A DNA stretch of 59,862 nucleotides, the filler included. It is 5 parts of 5 records of this genome, joined end to end, with 100 filler letters (N's around TTAATTAATTAA, not from the genome) between each part and the next. Parts side by side here need not be neighbours in the genome. Positions count along the whole stretch, not along the records: positions 19,899 to 43,961 come from SRR2962707_4632; 4 more parts are not named here. One strand, 5' to 3'. Of this stretch, positions 20,739 through 30,602 are shown piece by piece (position 1 is the first letter of the stretch; each line of letters starts with the position of its first letter). Below the pieces are notes generated by a model, which was not told where the DNA came from, searched no databases, and worked only from the letters and a program-made list of their open reading frames with translations. Made by a program: the position numbers and the translations under genes.

Positions 20739-22073
20739 ATGGCGGCCACAAAGCCACAGACCCCGTCTGAACTTTCCCTTCAGTATTCAACGCGAATGGT
20801 CACAGCCTTTCGCTACGCGTCTTTAACGGTTGCTGGTATCGGCCTGACCCAAGCCGCAGCCTTTGCCTTGATTGGTTCGTGGTCAGTGGTGGCAATGGAA
20901 CTAGCCGTTTTCGTCACGGGAGTCGCAATCTACGTGTTGATTCGACGCGGACATCTTGCTTTCGGGATTTTGGCAGGTCAGGCCGGATTGATGCTGATTG
21001 CAATAATAATAAGTCTTTTTCTCGATGTTCCTAAGGCGGAAACAACTCGGGTCAGTCATATTTATTTGCTGGTTATTGCAGTTTTGGGTTATATTAATTA
21101 CCAGCGACAAAAGTCCCTAGCTCAATTGGCATTGATTGTCTTATGCCTTCTTTCGTTCATCGTACTCGCCAGCGCGCCGCTAACATCTCCCCTCATTGTA
21201 ATCCCAGACTTAGCGCACACTATCGGCACTTGGGCGAATGCAATTACAGCAACAACAATGCTTGCAGCATGCATCCTCGGCATGCAGTCCGAGTTCACAC
21301 GTAAGGACAAGTATAGCCGCGATCTCACGGCCGCCCTATGGAAAGGCGAGTTCCAACTCGTCTATCAGCCGCAGGTAGACGTTTCCCAAAATACGGTCGG
21401 CGCTGAAGCGCTTCTGCGCTGGAATAGCACGCAACGAGGCTCCGTTTCCCCTCTAGAATTCATCCCGCTAGCGGAAAAGCTTGGCCTTATGATCGCTATT
21501 GGCGGTTGGGTACTCGAAAGGGGCTGCTGGACATTGGCCGAATGGGCCAAGACCGCCCATTTTCGACACTTGACGCTATCCATCAATATCAGCGCAAGCC
21601 AGCTCATGCACGAGGACTTTGAGTCATTTGTAAGTGACACGTTGATCAAAACCGGCGCTGACCCAAAGCGGCTGATCCTCGAATTGACCGAAAGCGTTTT
21701 AATTACTGATATCGAGTTGGTGATTGCCAAACTCAATGCGTTGCGCGCATTGGGCATCACCATCGCACTCGATGATTTTGGCACGGGTTATTCATCGCTG
21801 TCCTATCTGCGGCGTTTGCCCATCCAGCAAATAAAGATCGATCGCAGCTTCGTGCAAGACGCATTGAATAGCTCAGACAGCGCCTCGCTCGTAAAGAATA
21901 TTGTTCTTATGAGCCAGGAATTAGGGCGCAACGTTCTGGCCGAAGGGATAGAAACGAAGGCTCAGCACGATCTTTTGGCCCAGTTCGGTTGTGTAGAGTT
22001 TCAAGGCTATCTCTATGGCAGGCCTATGGACTTGACCGACTTTGAACAGCGTGTCGTGGTGAGGTCTCAATAG
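20739..22073 (+). CDS. Membrane-anchored EAL-only c-di-GMP phosphodiesterase
   Basis: About six N-terminal TM segments; YQPQ, AEALLRW, ELTES, DDFGTGYSSL, KIDRSF, AEGIE, QGY; no GGDEF domain. Confidence 0.9.
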   Translation: MAATKPQTPSELSLQYSTRMVTAFRYASLTVAGIGLTQAAAFALIGSWSVVAMELAVFVTGVAIYVLIRRGHLAFGILAGQAGLMLIAIIISLFLDVPKAETTRVSHIYLLVIAVLGYINYQRQKSLAQLALIVLCLLSFIVLASAPLTSPLIVIPDLAHTIGTWANAITATTMLAACILGMQSEFTRKDKYSRDLTAALWKGEFQLVYQPQVDVSQNTVGAEALLRWNSTQRGSVSPLEFIPLAEKLGLMIAIGGWVLERGCWTLAEWAKTAHFRHLTLSINISASQLMHEDFESFVSDTLIKTGADPKRLILELTESVLITDIELVIAKLNALRALGITIALDDFGTGYSSLSYLRRLPIQQIKIDRSFVQDALNSSDSASLVKNIVLMSQELGRNVLAEGIETKAQHDLLAQFGCVEFQGYLYGRPMDLTDFEQRVVVRSQ

Positions 22074-22254
22074 CCCCTATATTTGCATAAACCTTACTCC
22101 TTAAAAAAAGACCGACAGGAAACAATCATTAGGCGCCGAGAAGAACTCAATAACTAAGAACAATACCGCCTGAAAATAGTTAGCGTTTACAGGCGCTACA
22201 GAGCTAAAGGTAAAACAACAAATCCTACTGCTAACATGGTCGTGCTAGGCTGAT

Positions 22255-23019
22255 TTAGTTGGCTCGCCGATAAACGGCGCCGGCGGTGCCAGTGTTTGAA
22301 AAGTTGCAGCCATTGTCGCCCAAAACGAGGTAATCACCCAAACGCCACATGCGTACTCGGCACAAGAGTTCATTTTCCGGATCAGCACCAACATCACCAA
22401 TAATCGGATCGTCATCATCGGGATCAAACGAGAATGCGAAAGGATTACCTGTGTCCGACAGATGCACCACCCAGTCAGGTGCATCTGGATTGTCCGGATC
22501 ATCCGCGACTGGGTGATCAGCAAAATCGGATTTTACCGCAATTTTAAGTAAGCCATCCCCTTCCCTAGAAATGACAATGGTCCGATCAATTGAAGACGAC
22601 CAAACGCCTGTCCAGTCCGTTGCTTCACGCGTTTGTGGAAATTCTGATAAGGCCGCAGTGGGAAGAAAGCCAAATGTAATCTTGTGGTTCTTACCGCCGG
22701 ACGTGAAGGTCGCGCAGCTATAGGCACCGGACGTACCAGTTACCACAACCTGATCAAAAGCGACTAGGTAGGCCGATTTTTTGCAAGCTGACATATCTGC
22801 TGGGCATGCGGGCTCTTCAAAGCCATCTTTGACGAAATGAACTTTCCCTGCATTCTCCGATACCCTGAGACTTTTAAGAGCAAGTTCGTCACTCGCTTTG
22901 AAAGGGCGTGAAATGGAAATATCGTTATAAAAATTGCACTCGGCTGTCATCGCTAGTGCATAACTAGGCGCGAAAAATGAAACCCCGAAAAAGATTAAAT
23001 TAAGATAGGAATATCGCAT
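22255..23019 (-). CDS. Hypothetical secreted protein with several Cys
   Basis: 254-aa ORF with an N-terminal signal peptide (YALA) and CPADMSAC. Confidence 0.65.
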   Translation of the reverse strand: MRYSYLNLIFFGVSFFAPSYALAMTAECNFYNDISISRPFKASDELALKSLRVSENAGKVHFVKDGFEEPACPADMSACKKSAYLVAFDQVVVTGTSGAYSCATFTSGGKNHKITFGFLPTAALSEFPQTREATDWTGVWSSSIDRTIVISREGDGLLKIAVKSDFADHPVADDPDNPDAPDWVVHLSDTGNPFAFSFDPDDDDPIIGDVGADPENELLCRVRMWRLGDYLVLGDNGCNFSNTGTAGAVYRRAN

Positions 23020-23132
23020 CACGGTATCCTCGCAGCAATTTTATATAAGCCAATAGAATTTGAATTTAGCTTATGTGAAAGCAATCGCAAGATATGCCTT
23101 ACAGATTTCATTTATCTGGTCGCAAAAATTCA

Positions 23133-23753
23133 CTATTCGAGAAATCTAAACTCAGCAAATATCCACCAAATTTCGGCCAGTAGCGCTACAATTGCAAACC
23201 ACAAATGAAAACGTCGATTTTTGATCTTGATAGCGGCAATGCAAAGGCCGCAAAGAACAATTTGCCTAATTGGATAGATTGGCCCAAGCGACAAAAAGTG
23301 GTCGTAACCTTTTAAGGCGGAGTCCATCATATCCACGATAAAAATCGCGGCAAGGAGGCCATAAAACCATTGTCGACGAGAATGGAAATACTCCTCGAAC
23401 CCCGAATATTCCGCCATGTGATCCGGATATAACAGCGATGCGACAAAAAAGATTAGAGCGGCGTAACCCAGCACAAAGAAATATTTTTCAAATTCCCACT
23501 TTTCGACGTGGAATAAATTAAATTCAAACCACCAGAAATGAATTATGAAAAGCAGGACGAATATCGACCACACAAAATGTGGCCGGTATATTGGATAGAG
23601 TGATGGATGCTGCACAAAACGGGACAAACCGTTTAACAAGCGCGTCACACTTAACCCAGTTATAACGCCGATAACGATTCGCACATGGGAGAATGCTTGG
23701 GGGTCAATAACTGCATGCACAGCAGATGCTATCTCGCTCAATAGTCGCTCCAA
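23133..23753 (-). CDS. Hypothetical multi-pass membrane protein
   Basis: About six hydrophobic, aromatic-rich segments; start uncertain. Confidence 0.7.
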   Translation of the reverse strand: MERLLSEIASAVHAVIDPQAFSHVRIVIGVITGLSVTRLLNGLSRFVQHPSLYPIYRPHFVWSIFVLLFIIHFWWFEFNLFHVEKWEFEKYFFVLGYAALIFFVASLLYPDHMAEYSGFEEYFHSRRQWFYGLLAAIFIVDMMDSALKGYDHFLSLGPIYPIRQIVLCGLCIAAIKIKNRRFHLWFAIVALLAEIWWIFAEFRFLE

Positions 23754-23951
23754 TAACGCGTGATCTCGATAACCCTGATCAAACCATTCTCCTGCGGGCC
23801 TAGCAAGTGTGTCATGATCGGTTTTTCAAGCGCCTTCCGCTGTCAATGTAATGCCTGCATATCAGTAAGCACATCTGCCGATCAGAAAAATGAACTTTAC
23901 ACCCAGTGTTTAGCGATGCAGAACTTTCCAAAACTCGATCAGACGCTCTGG

Positions 23952-24869
23952 TCAGAGCTCTAGTTTCGGCGCTCCTCCAGAGTGCTTGCGCTCTCGCCAA
24001 ATGATATAAATTCCGCTGCCAACGATTACAGCAGCTCCTAAAAACGCTGCGCTGTCAGGAACTTCACGCCAGATCAGCCAACCAAAGATTGTCGCCCACA
24101 CCAAGCCCAAATAGTCCAGCGGTGCTACGATAGCAGCCGCAGCCAGTCTAAATGCCTGTGTCATCATCGTCATGCCAGCCGTTCCAAACAGGGCAATAGC
24201 TGCAAAAAGCCAGAGGTCTTTAACTTGGACCGAATGCCAGACAAAGGGAACGATGAATGCGCTTAATAACGCGCTAGCGCCAGTGAGGTATAAGAGCATT
24301 GTCCAGACACTTTCGCGCTGATCGACCCATCGAGCGCTAAGCATTAGCAGCGCGTAGATAAATGCAGTCGAAACAGGCAGCAACGCAACAGGCTGAAAAG
24401 CTGCGGTGCCGGGACGGATGACGATCAACACCCCGATAAATCCGGCAAGCACGGCGAGCCATCGGCGCCCACCAACATTTTCGCTAAGAAAGACTGCCGA
24501 AATCGCTGTGATAAACAAAGGGGCGACGAAGATAAGTGCCGTTGCTTCGGCAAGTTCCAAATGGATAAAACTTGTAAAGAACATAACAGTCGCCACGATC
24601 CAGAGAAATCCGCGCAGCAGATGTGCTGATGGACGATGAGAGCGCAAGGCGCCCATCCCGCTCATTTTAATCGTCAAGGCAAACGCAAATGGCAGGGATA
24701 TAATATTGCGCAGAAACAGAATTTGCAGAGGTGAATAGTCCGCGACTAAGTACTTTGCGAGCGCATCATTGACACTGAGGCACGTAACCCCTGCGCACAT
24801 CATCACGACACCTGCTGTCGTCCTGTCTCCCGCGTCCACCATTTTGCCTTGCATATCGGCCACCGTCAC
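23952..24869 (-). CDS. DMT/EamA family transporter
   Basis: About 10 TM segments; SPLQILFLR, AEATALIFVAPLF, LSENVGGRRW, IVAPLDY. Confidence 0.9.
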   Translation of the reverse strand: MTVADMQGKMVDAGDRTTAGVVMMCAGVTCLSVNDALAKYLVADYSPLQILFLRNIISLPFAFALTIKMSGMGALRSHRPSAHLLRGFLWIVATVMFFTSFIHLELAEATALIFVAPLFITAISAVFLSENVGGRRWLAVLAGFIGVLIVIRPGTAAFQPVALLPVSTAFIYALLMLSARWVDQRESVWTMLLYLTGASALLSAFIVPFVWHSVQVKDLWLFAAIALFGTAGMTMMTQAFRLAAAAIVAPLDYLGLVWATIFGWLIWREVPDSAAFLGAAVIVGSGIYIIWRERKHSGGAPKLEL

Positions 24870-25062
24870 GCCTTCTTTCGTATACCATCGTCGCCGTATT
24901 TTTCAAAAATGCCAAGCGCACTTTACGCCATAAATAGTACGGGACGATCAAACAGGCGCGATGCGTGCACAAATTCATCGCGCTATTGTCAATTTTTAAC
25001 GGACCCAGGGCAGAATTAACGAATTGTTTCAAAGCCCATGATAATTCTACCTTTATAGGAGT

Positions 25063-27489
25063 ATGGGAATGGTCATCCGGATTCGAACTGCATTTTTATA
25101 TGGCTTGCTTGTATTTGGCGTATTACCAATGATTGTGCTTGCTGGACTCGGCGTAAATAAAACGATTACGCGCGAATTTTCCCAAATTGCATTACATCAT
25201 AAGCGCGCCGCGATAGACTTAGCTACCGCTTTGTCTCGATATGAAAAAGACTTAGAAATAGCCATACATCTCGTTGCAAATTCGTTAGAAAACGGCTCGG
25301 ACGAAATCGCAGTAGAAAACTTAATGAAGAATCTGCACATTGATAGCGTTGCAGTGGTATCTGCGTCTTCAGGTGCTGTGCTCTCATATAAATTAGCAGA
25401 TGAAAATCATCAGTTGCAATTGGTAGAACACAGCGACTTAGCGCAGGCCGAAAAAACTCTAAGTTACCTCGAAGTAGCATATCTGCCCGTACAGAAAGAT
25501 GCTCATAATCAGAATGTTATTTACGCCGTCGCTAATAGCGGCGAGAACTTTATTGTTTCAGCTATCAACACATCATATTTCAAAAAGCTAGCAGATCGGG
25601 TTTCTTTTGGCCTAAGCGGGCATGCCACAATCATCGATCAAGCCGGTAATGTATTGGCAAGTCCAAAACAAGAATGGGTTAATAACACAAAAAATCTCGT
25701 TAATATCGCGACTGTGCGCAAAGTGATGAACGGTGAGACAGGGGTTGAAGAGTTCTATTCACCCGCGTTGAAAGAAGACGTGATTGCTGGATTTGCAGCA
25801 GTTCCAGGCCCAAACTGGGGTGTACTCGTCCCTCAATCGCTCAACGAACTATATTTGAATGCGCTAAAACGAATTGGGTTACTGCTCATAGGTTTACTTG
25901 GCGCGATACTTGGCTTAACCGCGCTGTTTTACATGGCTATGAGATGGATAGCCCTTCCATTGGAAACCTTTGGGCGCGCGCTTTATCAACAGTCAATCAC
26001 AGGCCAGACCCACGCGATTCCGCCAATTCAAAACAAAGTCGGTATGTTTGAACTCAAATATATCGCTGATGTATACAATGATTTGGCCAATACGATTAGA
26101 CTGAACTCTGAGCAGCAAGCAAGACAATTACTCGAAGACCATTTAACCGGCATTGGAAATCGGGCCTACTTTGAACAGCAAGGCCGCCTACAGATACAGA
26201 CACGCAGCTCATTGCGTAAAAAGGGCGTTTTGATTTTCTTTGATATAGACGGCTTTAAAGAGATCAACGATACGCGCGGTCACAAAGTTGGCGATGAAGT
26301 TCTGCGGTGTTTTGCCAAAAGCCTCTATCCAAAGACTAAGCAATTTATGGACGCAAACTTCCGTGGTGCGCCCGCGGCCCATCCGATCATCGGCCGTATC
26401 GGCGGCGATGAATTTGCAATCTTACTTCCGTTGCCTGATAAAGCCGAGGCGCTTCCAGAAATTTGCGAAAAACTCCGTAACACACTTCCCAAAATGGTTA
26501 CTGTTGGCGGGGTAGAGATTCCGTGCAACCAATCTGCCGGTGGCGCCGTTTATCCCGACCAAGGGACAGATATTGAAGATCTGTTACGCAGAGCAGACAT
26601 GGCGCTTTACAAAGCCAAGCTGAACGGAAAAAACCGCTTTGAAATGTATAGCCCTAAAGGGCATTTCGGCGGCAAAAACGAAACTCTCGCTGCTGTAATG
26701 CAAGCGATCGAGTTTGACGAATTTGTGCTCGAATACCAGCCCAAATTTTGCCTAAGAAAGCAGAAGTTTAATTCTGCAGAAGCGCTCATTAGATGGCATC
26801 ATCCAATCCATGGCAAGATCGCGCCAAACATGTTCCTACCAGCCGTAGAGAAAACCCATGTCATGAAACTGCTTGGCGATTGGGTGATTAAGCGCGCACT
26901 TAAGGATCTGAAAGAATTCGATAAAAATGGCCGTGAGCTTCAAATCGCAATTAATATTGGTGCTGAACATTTTTCAGCCAACGACTTCGTAGAAAGCCTA
27001 ACGAAAAGTTGTCGCGATGCCGAAGTTTCACCGCATCGATTACAAATAGAAGTGACGGAAAATGTTATGGATGTTTCTCGAGAAATATTCAGTTCTACCG
27101 TTACAACTTTGCAAGAAACAGGATTTAGCGTTGCCATCGATGATTTTGGTCGCGGCTTCTCAAATCTGACGCGCTTGGCCTCAATACCCGTAGACCTTAT
27201 TAAACTTGATCGTTCAATCATCACAAATGCGGTAACTGATGCACGCGTTAAAACGATACTTATAGCAGCCATCGATATGGCGCACGCGCTTGGATCGTCT
27301 GTTATTGTTGAAGGCGTTGAGACGCTGGAACATGTAAAAGCCGCTGAAGTCGCCGGTGCAGATGCGCTCCAAGGTTTCTACTTTTCAAAGAGTTTGGCAC
27401 CTGAAAATCTGGTCACTTGGTTAGATGAAATTGCAACAAGCCCACAGCACATGCAGATTGATAGATTACAACACTCATTAGAAGTGTAA
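25063..27489 (+). CDS. Cache-type sensor / GGDEF / EAL bifunctional c-di-GMP enzyme (paralog 1)
   Basis: Two TM helices flanking a periplasmic Cache-like region; DHLTGIGNR, DIDGFKEINDTRGH, RIGGDEF; AEALIRW, DDFGRGFSNL. Confidence 0.9.
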   Translation: MGMVIRIRTAFLYGLLVFGVLPMIVLAGLGVNKTITREFSQIALHHKRAAIDLATALSRYEKDLEIAIHLVANSLENGSDEIAVENLMKNLHIDSVAVVSASSGAVLSYKLADENHQLQLVEHSDLAQAEKTLSYLEVAYLPVQKDAHNQNVIYAVANSGENFIVSAINTSYFKKLADRVSFGLSGHATIIDQAGNVLASPKQEWVNNTKNLVNIATVRKVMNGETGVEEFYSPALKEDVIAGFAAVPGPNWGVLVPQSLNELYLNALKRIGLLLIGLLGAILGLTALFYMAMRWIALPLETFGRALYQQSITGQTHAIPPIQNKVGMFELKYIADVYNDLANTIRLNSEQQARQLLEDHLTGIGNRAYFEQQGRLQIQTRSSLRKKGVLIFFDIDGFKEINDTRGHKVGDEVLRCFAKSLYPKTKQFMDANFRGAPAAHPIIGRIGGDEFAILLPLPDKAEALPEICEKLRNTLPKMVTVGGVEIPCNQSAGGAVYPDQGTDIEDLLRRADMALYKAKLNGKNRFEMYSPKGHFGGKNETLAAVMQAIEFDEFVLEYQPKFCLRKQKFNSAEALIRWHHPIHGKIAPNMFLPAVEKTHVMKLLGDWVIKRALKDLKEFDKNGRELQIAINIGAEHFSANDFVESLTKSCRDAEVSPHRLQIEVTENVMDVSREIFSSTVTTLQETGFSVAIDDFGRGFSNLTRLASIPVDLIKLDRSIITNAVTDARVKTILIAAIDMAHALGSSVIVEGVETLEHVKAAEVAGADALQGFYFSKSLAPENLVTWLDEIATSPQHMQIDRLQHSLEV

Positions 27490-27497
27490 TCTAGCCT

Positions 27498-27515
27498 GAG
27501 CGCCGTTCGGCGCTC
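27498..27515 (+). terminator. Hairpin after GGDEF-EAL paralog 1 (possible weak terminator)
   Basis: GAGCGCC-gttc-GGCGCTC; no clear U tract. Confidence 0.35.
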
Positions 27516-27636
27516 TCTCGGTCAATTAAAGCAATCAAATTTTTCGCCTAAGCAATTCCATCCGCATTCGCTGTGGATGGTAATTGTGAACGCTTTTAGT
27601 CAACGAGATTGACAATGTCTTGATCCAGAACCGAAG

Positions 27637-27662
27637 TGATCCATCCGAACGCCTGCGCCGTA
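27637..27662 (+). promoter_or_regulatory. RpoE (sigmaE/ChrR type) promoter upstream of rpoE-chrR-SDR
   Basis: TGATCC-N15-CCGTA, matching the alphaproteobacterial sigmaE consensus TGATCC...CGTA. Confidence 0.8.
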
Positions 27663-27778
27663 TTAAGTTCAAGTCGACATTTTGATACAAACTAGCGAAG
27701 GAGCAGGCTGTGAATAAAGATCAACGACATAGCTTCTATATGCTCTATTTGCTTAGGTGGAAAAGATAGAAGCCCAAA

Positions 27779-28378
27779 ATGCAGGCGGCACGCGATTTGA
27801 CAATAACAACTGAAGAACTGGGAATGGAACAACCCAGTAGCGACCATATACAGCTGATCGCAGACGTTGCGGAAAATCGTGACCGTGAGGCATTTCGCCA
27901 ATTATTCGTTTATTTTGGCCCGCGCATCAAATCAATGATGATGAAATCAGGTGCTGGAAACGCAGAAGCCGATGATTTGGTACAAGATGTCATGACGAAG
28001 GTTTGGCGCAATTGTTCCAGCTATACGCCAAACCGCGGCGCGGTTTGCACATGGATTTTTACCATAGCGCGTAATGCACGTATCGACAAATTACGCCACA
28101 GCTCATCGCAACCCTATGTCGATGTCGACGAAATTGAAGTTTCCGCGATGGAAGACAACGCTGAACAGTCGATGCAAACAACACAAGTCGCTGAGCACGT
28201 TTCGGTCGCAATAAATCTACTACCGGACGAACAAAAAAAGATTATCGAACTGGCCTTTGTGCACGACATGTCACAAATCGCCATTGCAAAATTGCTCTCA
28301 TTACCGCTGGGCACGGTTAAGTCCCGCATGCGGTTAGCCTATGCAAAATTGCGCCCACAATTGGAGAATTTAAGGTGA
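27779..28378 (+). CDS. rpoE: ECF sigma factor RpoE (singlet-oxygen response)
   Basis: DREAFRQLF, ADDLVQDV, TWIFTIARNARIDKLR, LPLGTVKSRMRLA; coupled to chrR; start uncertain. Confidence 0.9.
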   Translation: MQAARDLTITTEELGMEQPSSDHIQLIADVAENRDREAFRQLFVYFGPRIKSMMMKSGAGNAEADDLVQDVMTKVWRNCSSYTPNRGAVCTWIFTIARNARIDKLRHSSSQPYVDVDEIEVSAMEDNAEQSMQTTQVAEHVSVAINLLPDEQKKIIELAFVHDMSQIAIAKLLSLPLGTVKSRMRLAYAKLRPQLENLR

Positions 28379-29043
28379 CTATTCAACATCATATCGATCC
28401 CGCAACGGTGATGCGCTATGCCAGCGGCAATGTTGATGAAGCTTTTTCAATCATCATTTCCTGCCATCTAGCGATGTGTCCAACCTGTCGATCTAAAGTT
28501 TATGGCGCTGAAGAAATTGGCGGCGAACTATTGACCTCACTTGATCGCGCAGAACTACCAAAAAATGCGTTTGAGACCGTTATGCAATGCATCGACGCTG
28601 AAGAACAAAACGCGTCGGTAAGCCAAACAGGTGACGACGTGCTCTTAACCGCAGAAAGTGATGTGCCAAAGCCGCTTCAGCGCTTTGTCGGCAATTCTCT
28701 TGACAATGTTGCATGGCGCACCCTTGCACCTGGTCTTCGCCGTCATTCAATTGATTTAGGCCCTGATAGCAAATCATCACTCTATCTCTTGCAAATTGGC
28801 GCAGGCATGAAAGTGCCTGAACATGGCCATGGCGGAACAGAATTGACCCTCGTTCTATCGGGTGCATTCCGCGATTCCATGGGCCTGTTCAAACCAGGTG
28901 ATATTGAAGATCTAGACGAAAATATTGAGCACCAACCGCGCGTAGAACCGGGCGCACCGTGCATTTGCCTTGTCGCCACCGAAGCTCCAACACGGTTTAA
29001 AGGTTTTTTCAGCCGCCTTCTCCAACCATTATTTGGAATTTAG
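28375..29043 (+). CDS. chrR: Anti-sigmaE factor ChrR
   Basis: MTIQHH, ZAS motif HLAMCPTC, C-terminal cupin PEHGHGGTELTLVLSGAF...HQP...CICL. Confidence 0.93.
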   Translation: MTIQHHIDPATVMRYASGNVDEAFSIIISCHLAMCPTCRSKVYGAEEIGGELLTSLDRAELPKNAFETVMQCIDAEEQNASVSQTGDDVLLTAESDVPKPLQRFVGNSLDNVAWRTLAPGLRRHSIDLGPDSKSSLYLLQIGAGMKVPEHGHGGTELTLVLSGAFRDSMGLFKPGDIEDLDENIEHQPRVEPGAPCICLVATEAPTRFKGFFSRLLQPLFGI

Positions 29044-29047
29044 GACC

Positions 29048-29815
29048 ATGGGAAAAATGGTGAAATCAGACTGGCAGGTAATTTGGATTACGGGCGCGAG
29101 CACCGGCATTGGTGCAGCGCTTGTGGCGAGACTTGACGATACAGGCGCTGTGATCGCCGCCTCTGCACGCTCAAAAGATAAGCTTGATGCGCTTGCCAAT
29201 AAAAGCAGCAACGTAATTGCCTATCCACTGGATGTGACAGATGACGATGCAACGAAAGCCTGCATCGAGCAAATAGAAGCTGATCACGGCCCAATAGATT
29301 TAGCCATTCTCAATGCGGGAACATGGGCTTTGACGGACGCCATTGATTTTAACTTAGACGACATTCGCGCTGGCGTTAATGTCAACTATTTAGGCGTTGT
29401 CGGCGCTGTGCACGCGCTTTTGCCGTCCATGCTAGCGCGCGGCAAAGGTCACATCGCCATCACCGCGTCTGTGGCTGGCTATCGCGGCCTGCCCAATTCA
29501 ATTGCCTATGGCCCTACCAAAGCGGCGCTCATCAATCTGGCTGAATTGTTAAAGTGCGAACTAGAGCCGCGCGGGATCACTGTTTCAGTTATCAATCCAG
29601 GTTTCGTTGACACACCAATGACCAAGGATAATCCATTTCCGATGCCTGGTATGATCACAGCAGAAGACGCTGCTGGATACATCGTGGCTGGCTTAGAGAA
29701 AAAGCACTTTGAAATCGCATTTCCCCGTGTCTTTGCTTTGGTCATGAAACTGCTGCGCATCATGCCAAACCGGGCCTATTTTTGGGTCGTGAAAACCTTC
29801 GTATTGAAGAAATAA
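29048..29815 (+). CDS. Short-chain dehydrogenase/reductase (RSP_1087-like)
   Basis: WITGASTGIG, ILNAG, ASVAGYRGLP, YGPTKAA, NPGFVDTP. Confidence 0.9.
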   Translation: MGKMVKSDWQVIWITGASTGIGAALVARLDDTGAVIAASARSKDKLDALANKSSNVIAYPLDVTDDDATKACIEQIEADHGPIDLAILNAGTWALTDAIDFNLDDIRAGVNVNYLGVVGAVHALLPSMLARGKGHIAITASVAGYRGLPNSIAYGPTKAALINLAELLKCELEPRGITVSVINPGFVDTPMTKDNPFPMPGMITAEDAAGYIVAGLEKKHFEIAFPRVFALVMKLLRIMPNRAYFWVVKTFVLKK

Positions 29816-29819
29816 CAAC

Positions 29820-30602
29820 CTATTCTTCGATAGGTTTCGCAATATAGGTGATGCGGTGTTTTACGGTTTCAGGACGCGGTTTCATGCGCATGCCCTTGAA
29901 CCAAAGCTTGAGCGCCTCATAGTGAATACCGACAATAATTTTCACGCTTAACCACCCAGTCCGCGCCACGGCATTGAAAATTGTGCGGTTTGTGAGCGGT
30001 TGGCGATGTCCATGAAAATGCGCGCGAAGCAATGGTCCCGCCTCATCCCTAAGCAATATCCCAATGGTCAGCTCTTCGCTTGGCGGTGTAACATGAAATG
30101 TGTAAGAGCCACGCTCCGTGTTAAAGGGAGAGACATAAAGGCGTTTTTCACACCCCTGCATCACCATGCCTTGTTCGTCAGGATCGGCTGGCAAGACGTA
30201 GCTTTGGCGACCGCCAAATGTGTTACTGACCTCATAGATGATCAAACGCACATCGCCCGCAGCATCAACGCCGTAATAGGTCGTTAGCGGATTAAACACA
30301 TAACCAAGCACACGCGGATAGCACAGCACAAAAAATCGATCGATTTCACTACCTTTTCCGCTTTCATCGGCAATGCCGCGAAGATAGGTTTTTAAATCCT
30401 CGCCATCGCCATAATCGCCATCATATAGGCTCAAAAGATTGAACTTATTGTAGGAAAAAAGCTTCAAGCGATCACTGATTTGCGCCAGATCATTCACATC
30501 AAGCAGAAGAGAAAAGACCTGATATTTTAACCCGTGGACTATTGGGCGCAGGCGCTTATGCACCACATCGCCCATATAAAGCCCACTGACCGGCATGGTC
30601 AT
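29820..30602 (-). CDS. DUF1365 protein (RSP_1090/UfaO-like)
   Basis: LYxGxVxHxRxxP, PRVLGYVFNP, EVSNTFG, KRLYVSPF, IHYEALKLWFKG. Confidence 0.88.
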   Translation of the reverse strand: MTMPVSGLYMGDVVHKRLRPIVHGLKYQVFSLLLDVNDLAQISDRLKLFSYNKFNLLSLYDGDYGDGEDLKTYLRGIADESGKGSEIDRFFVLCYPRVLGYVFNPLTTYYGVDAAGDVRLIIYEVSNTFGGRQSYVLPADPDEQGMVMQGCEKRLYVSPFNTERGSYTFHVTPPSEELTIGILLRDEAGPLLRAHFHGHRQPLTNRTIFNAVARTGWLSVKIIVGIHYEALKLWFKGMRMKPRPETVKHRITYIAKPIEE

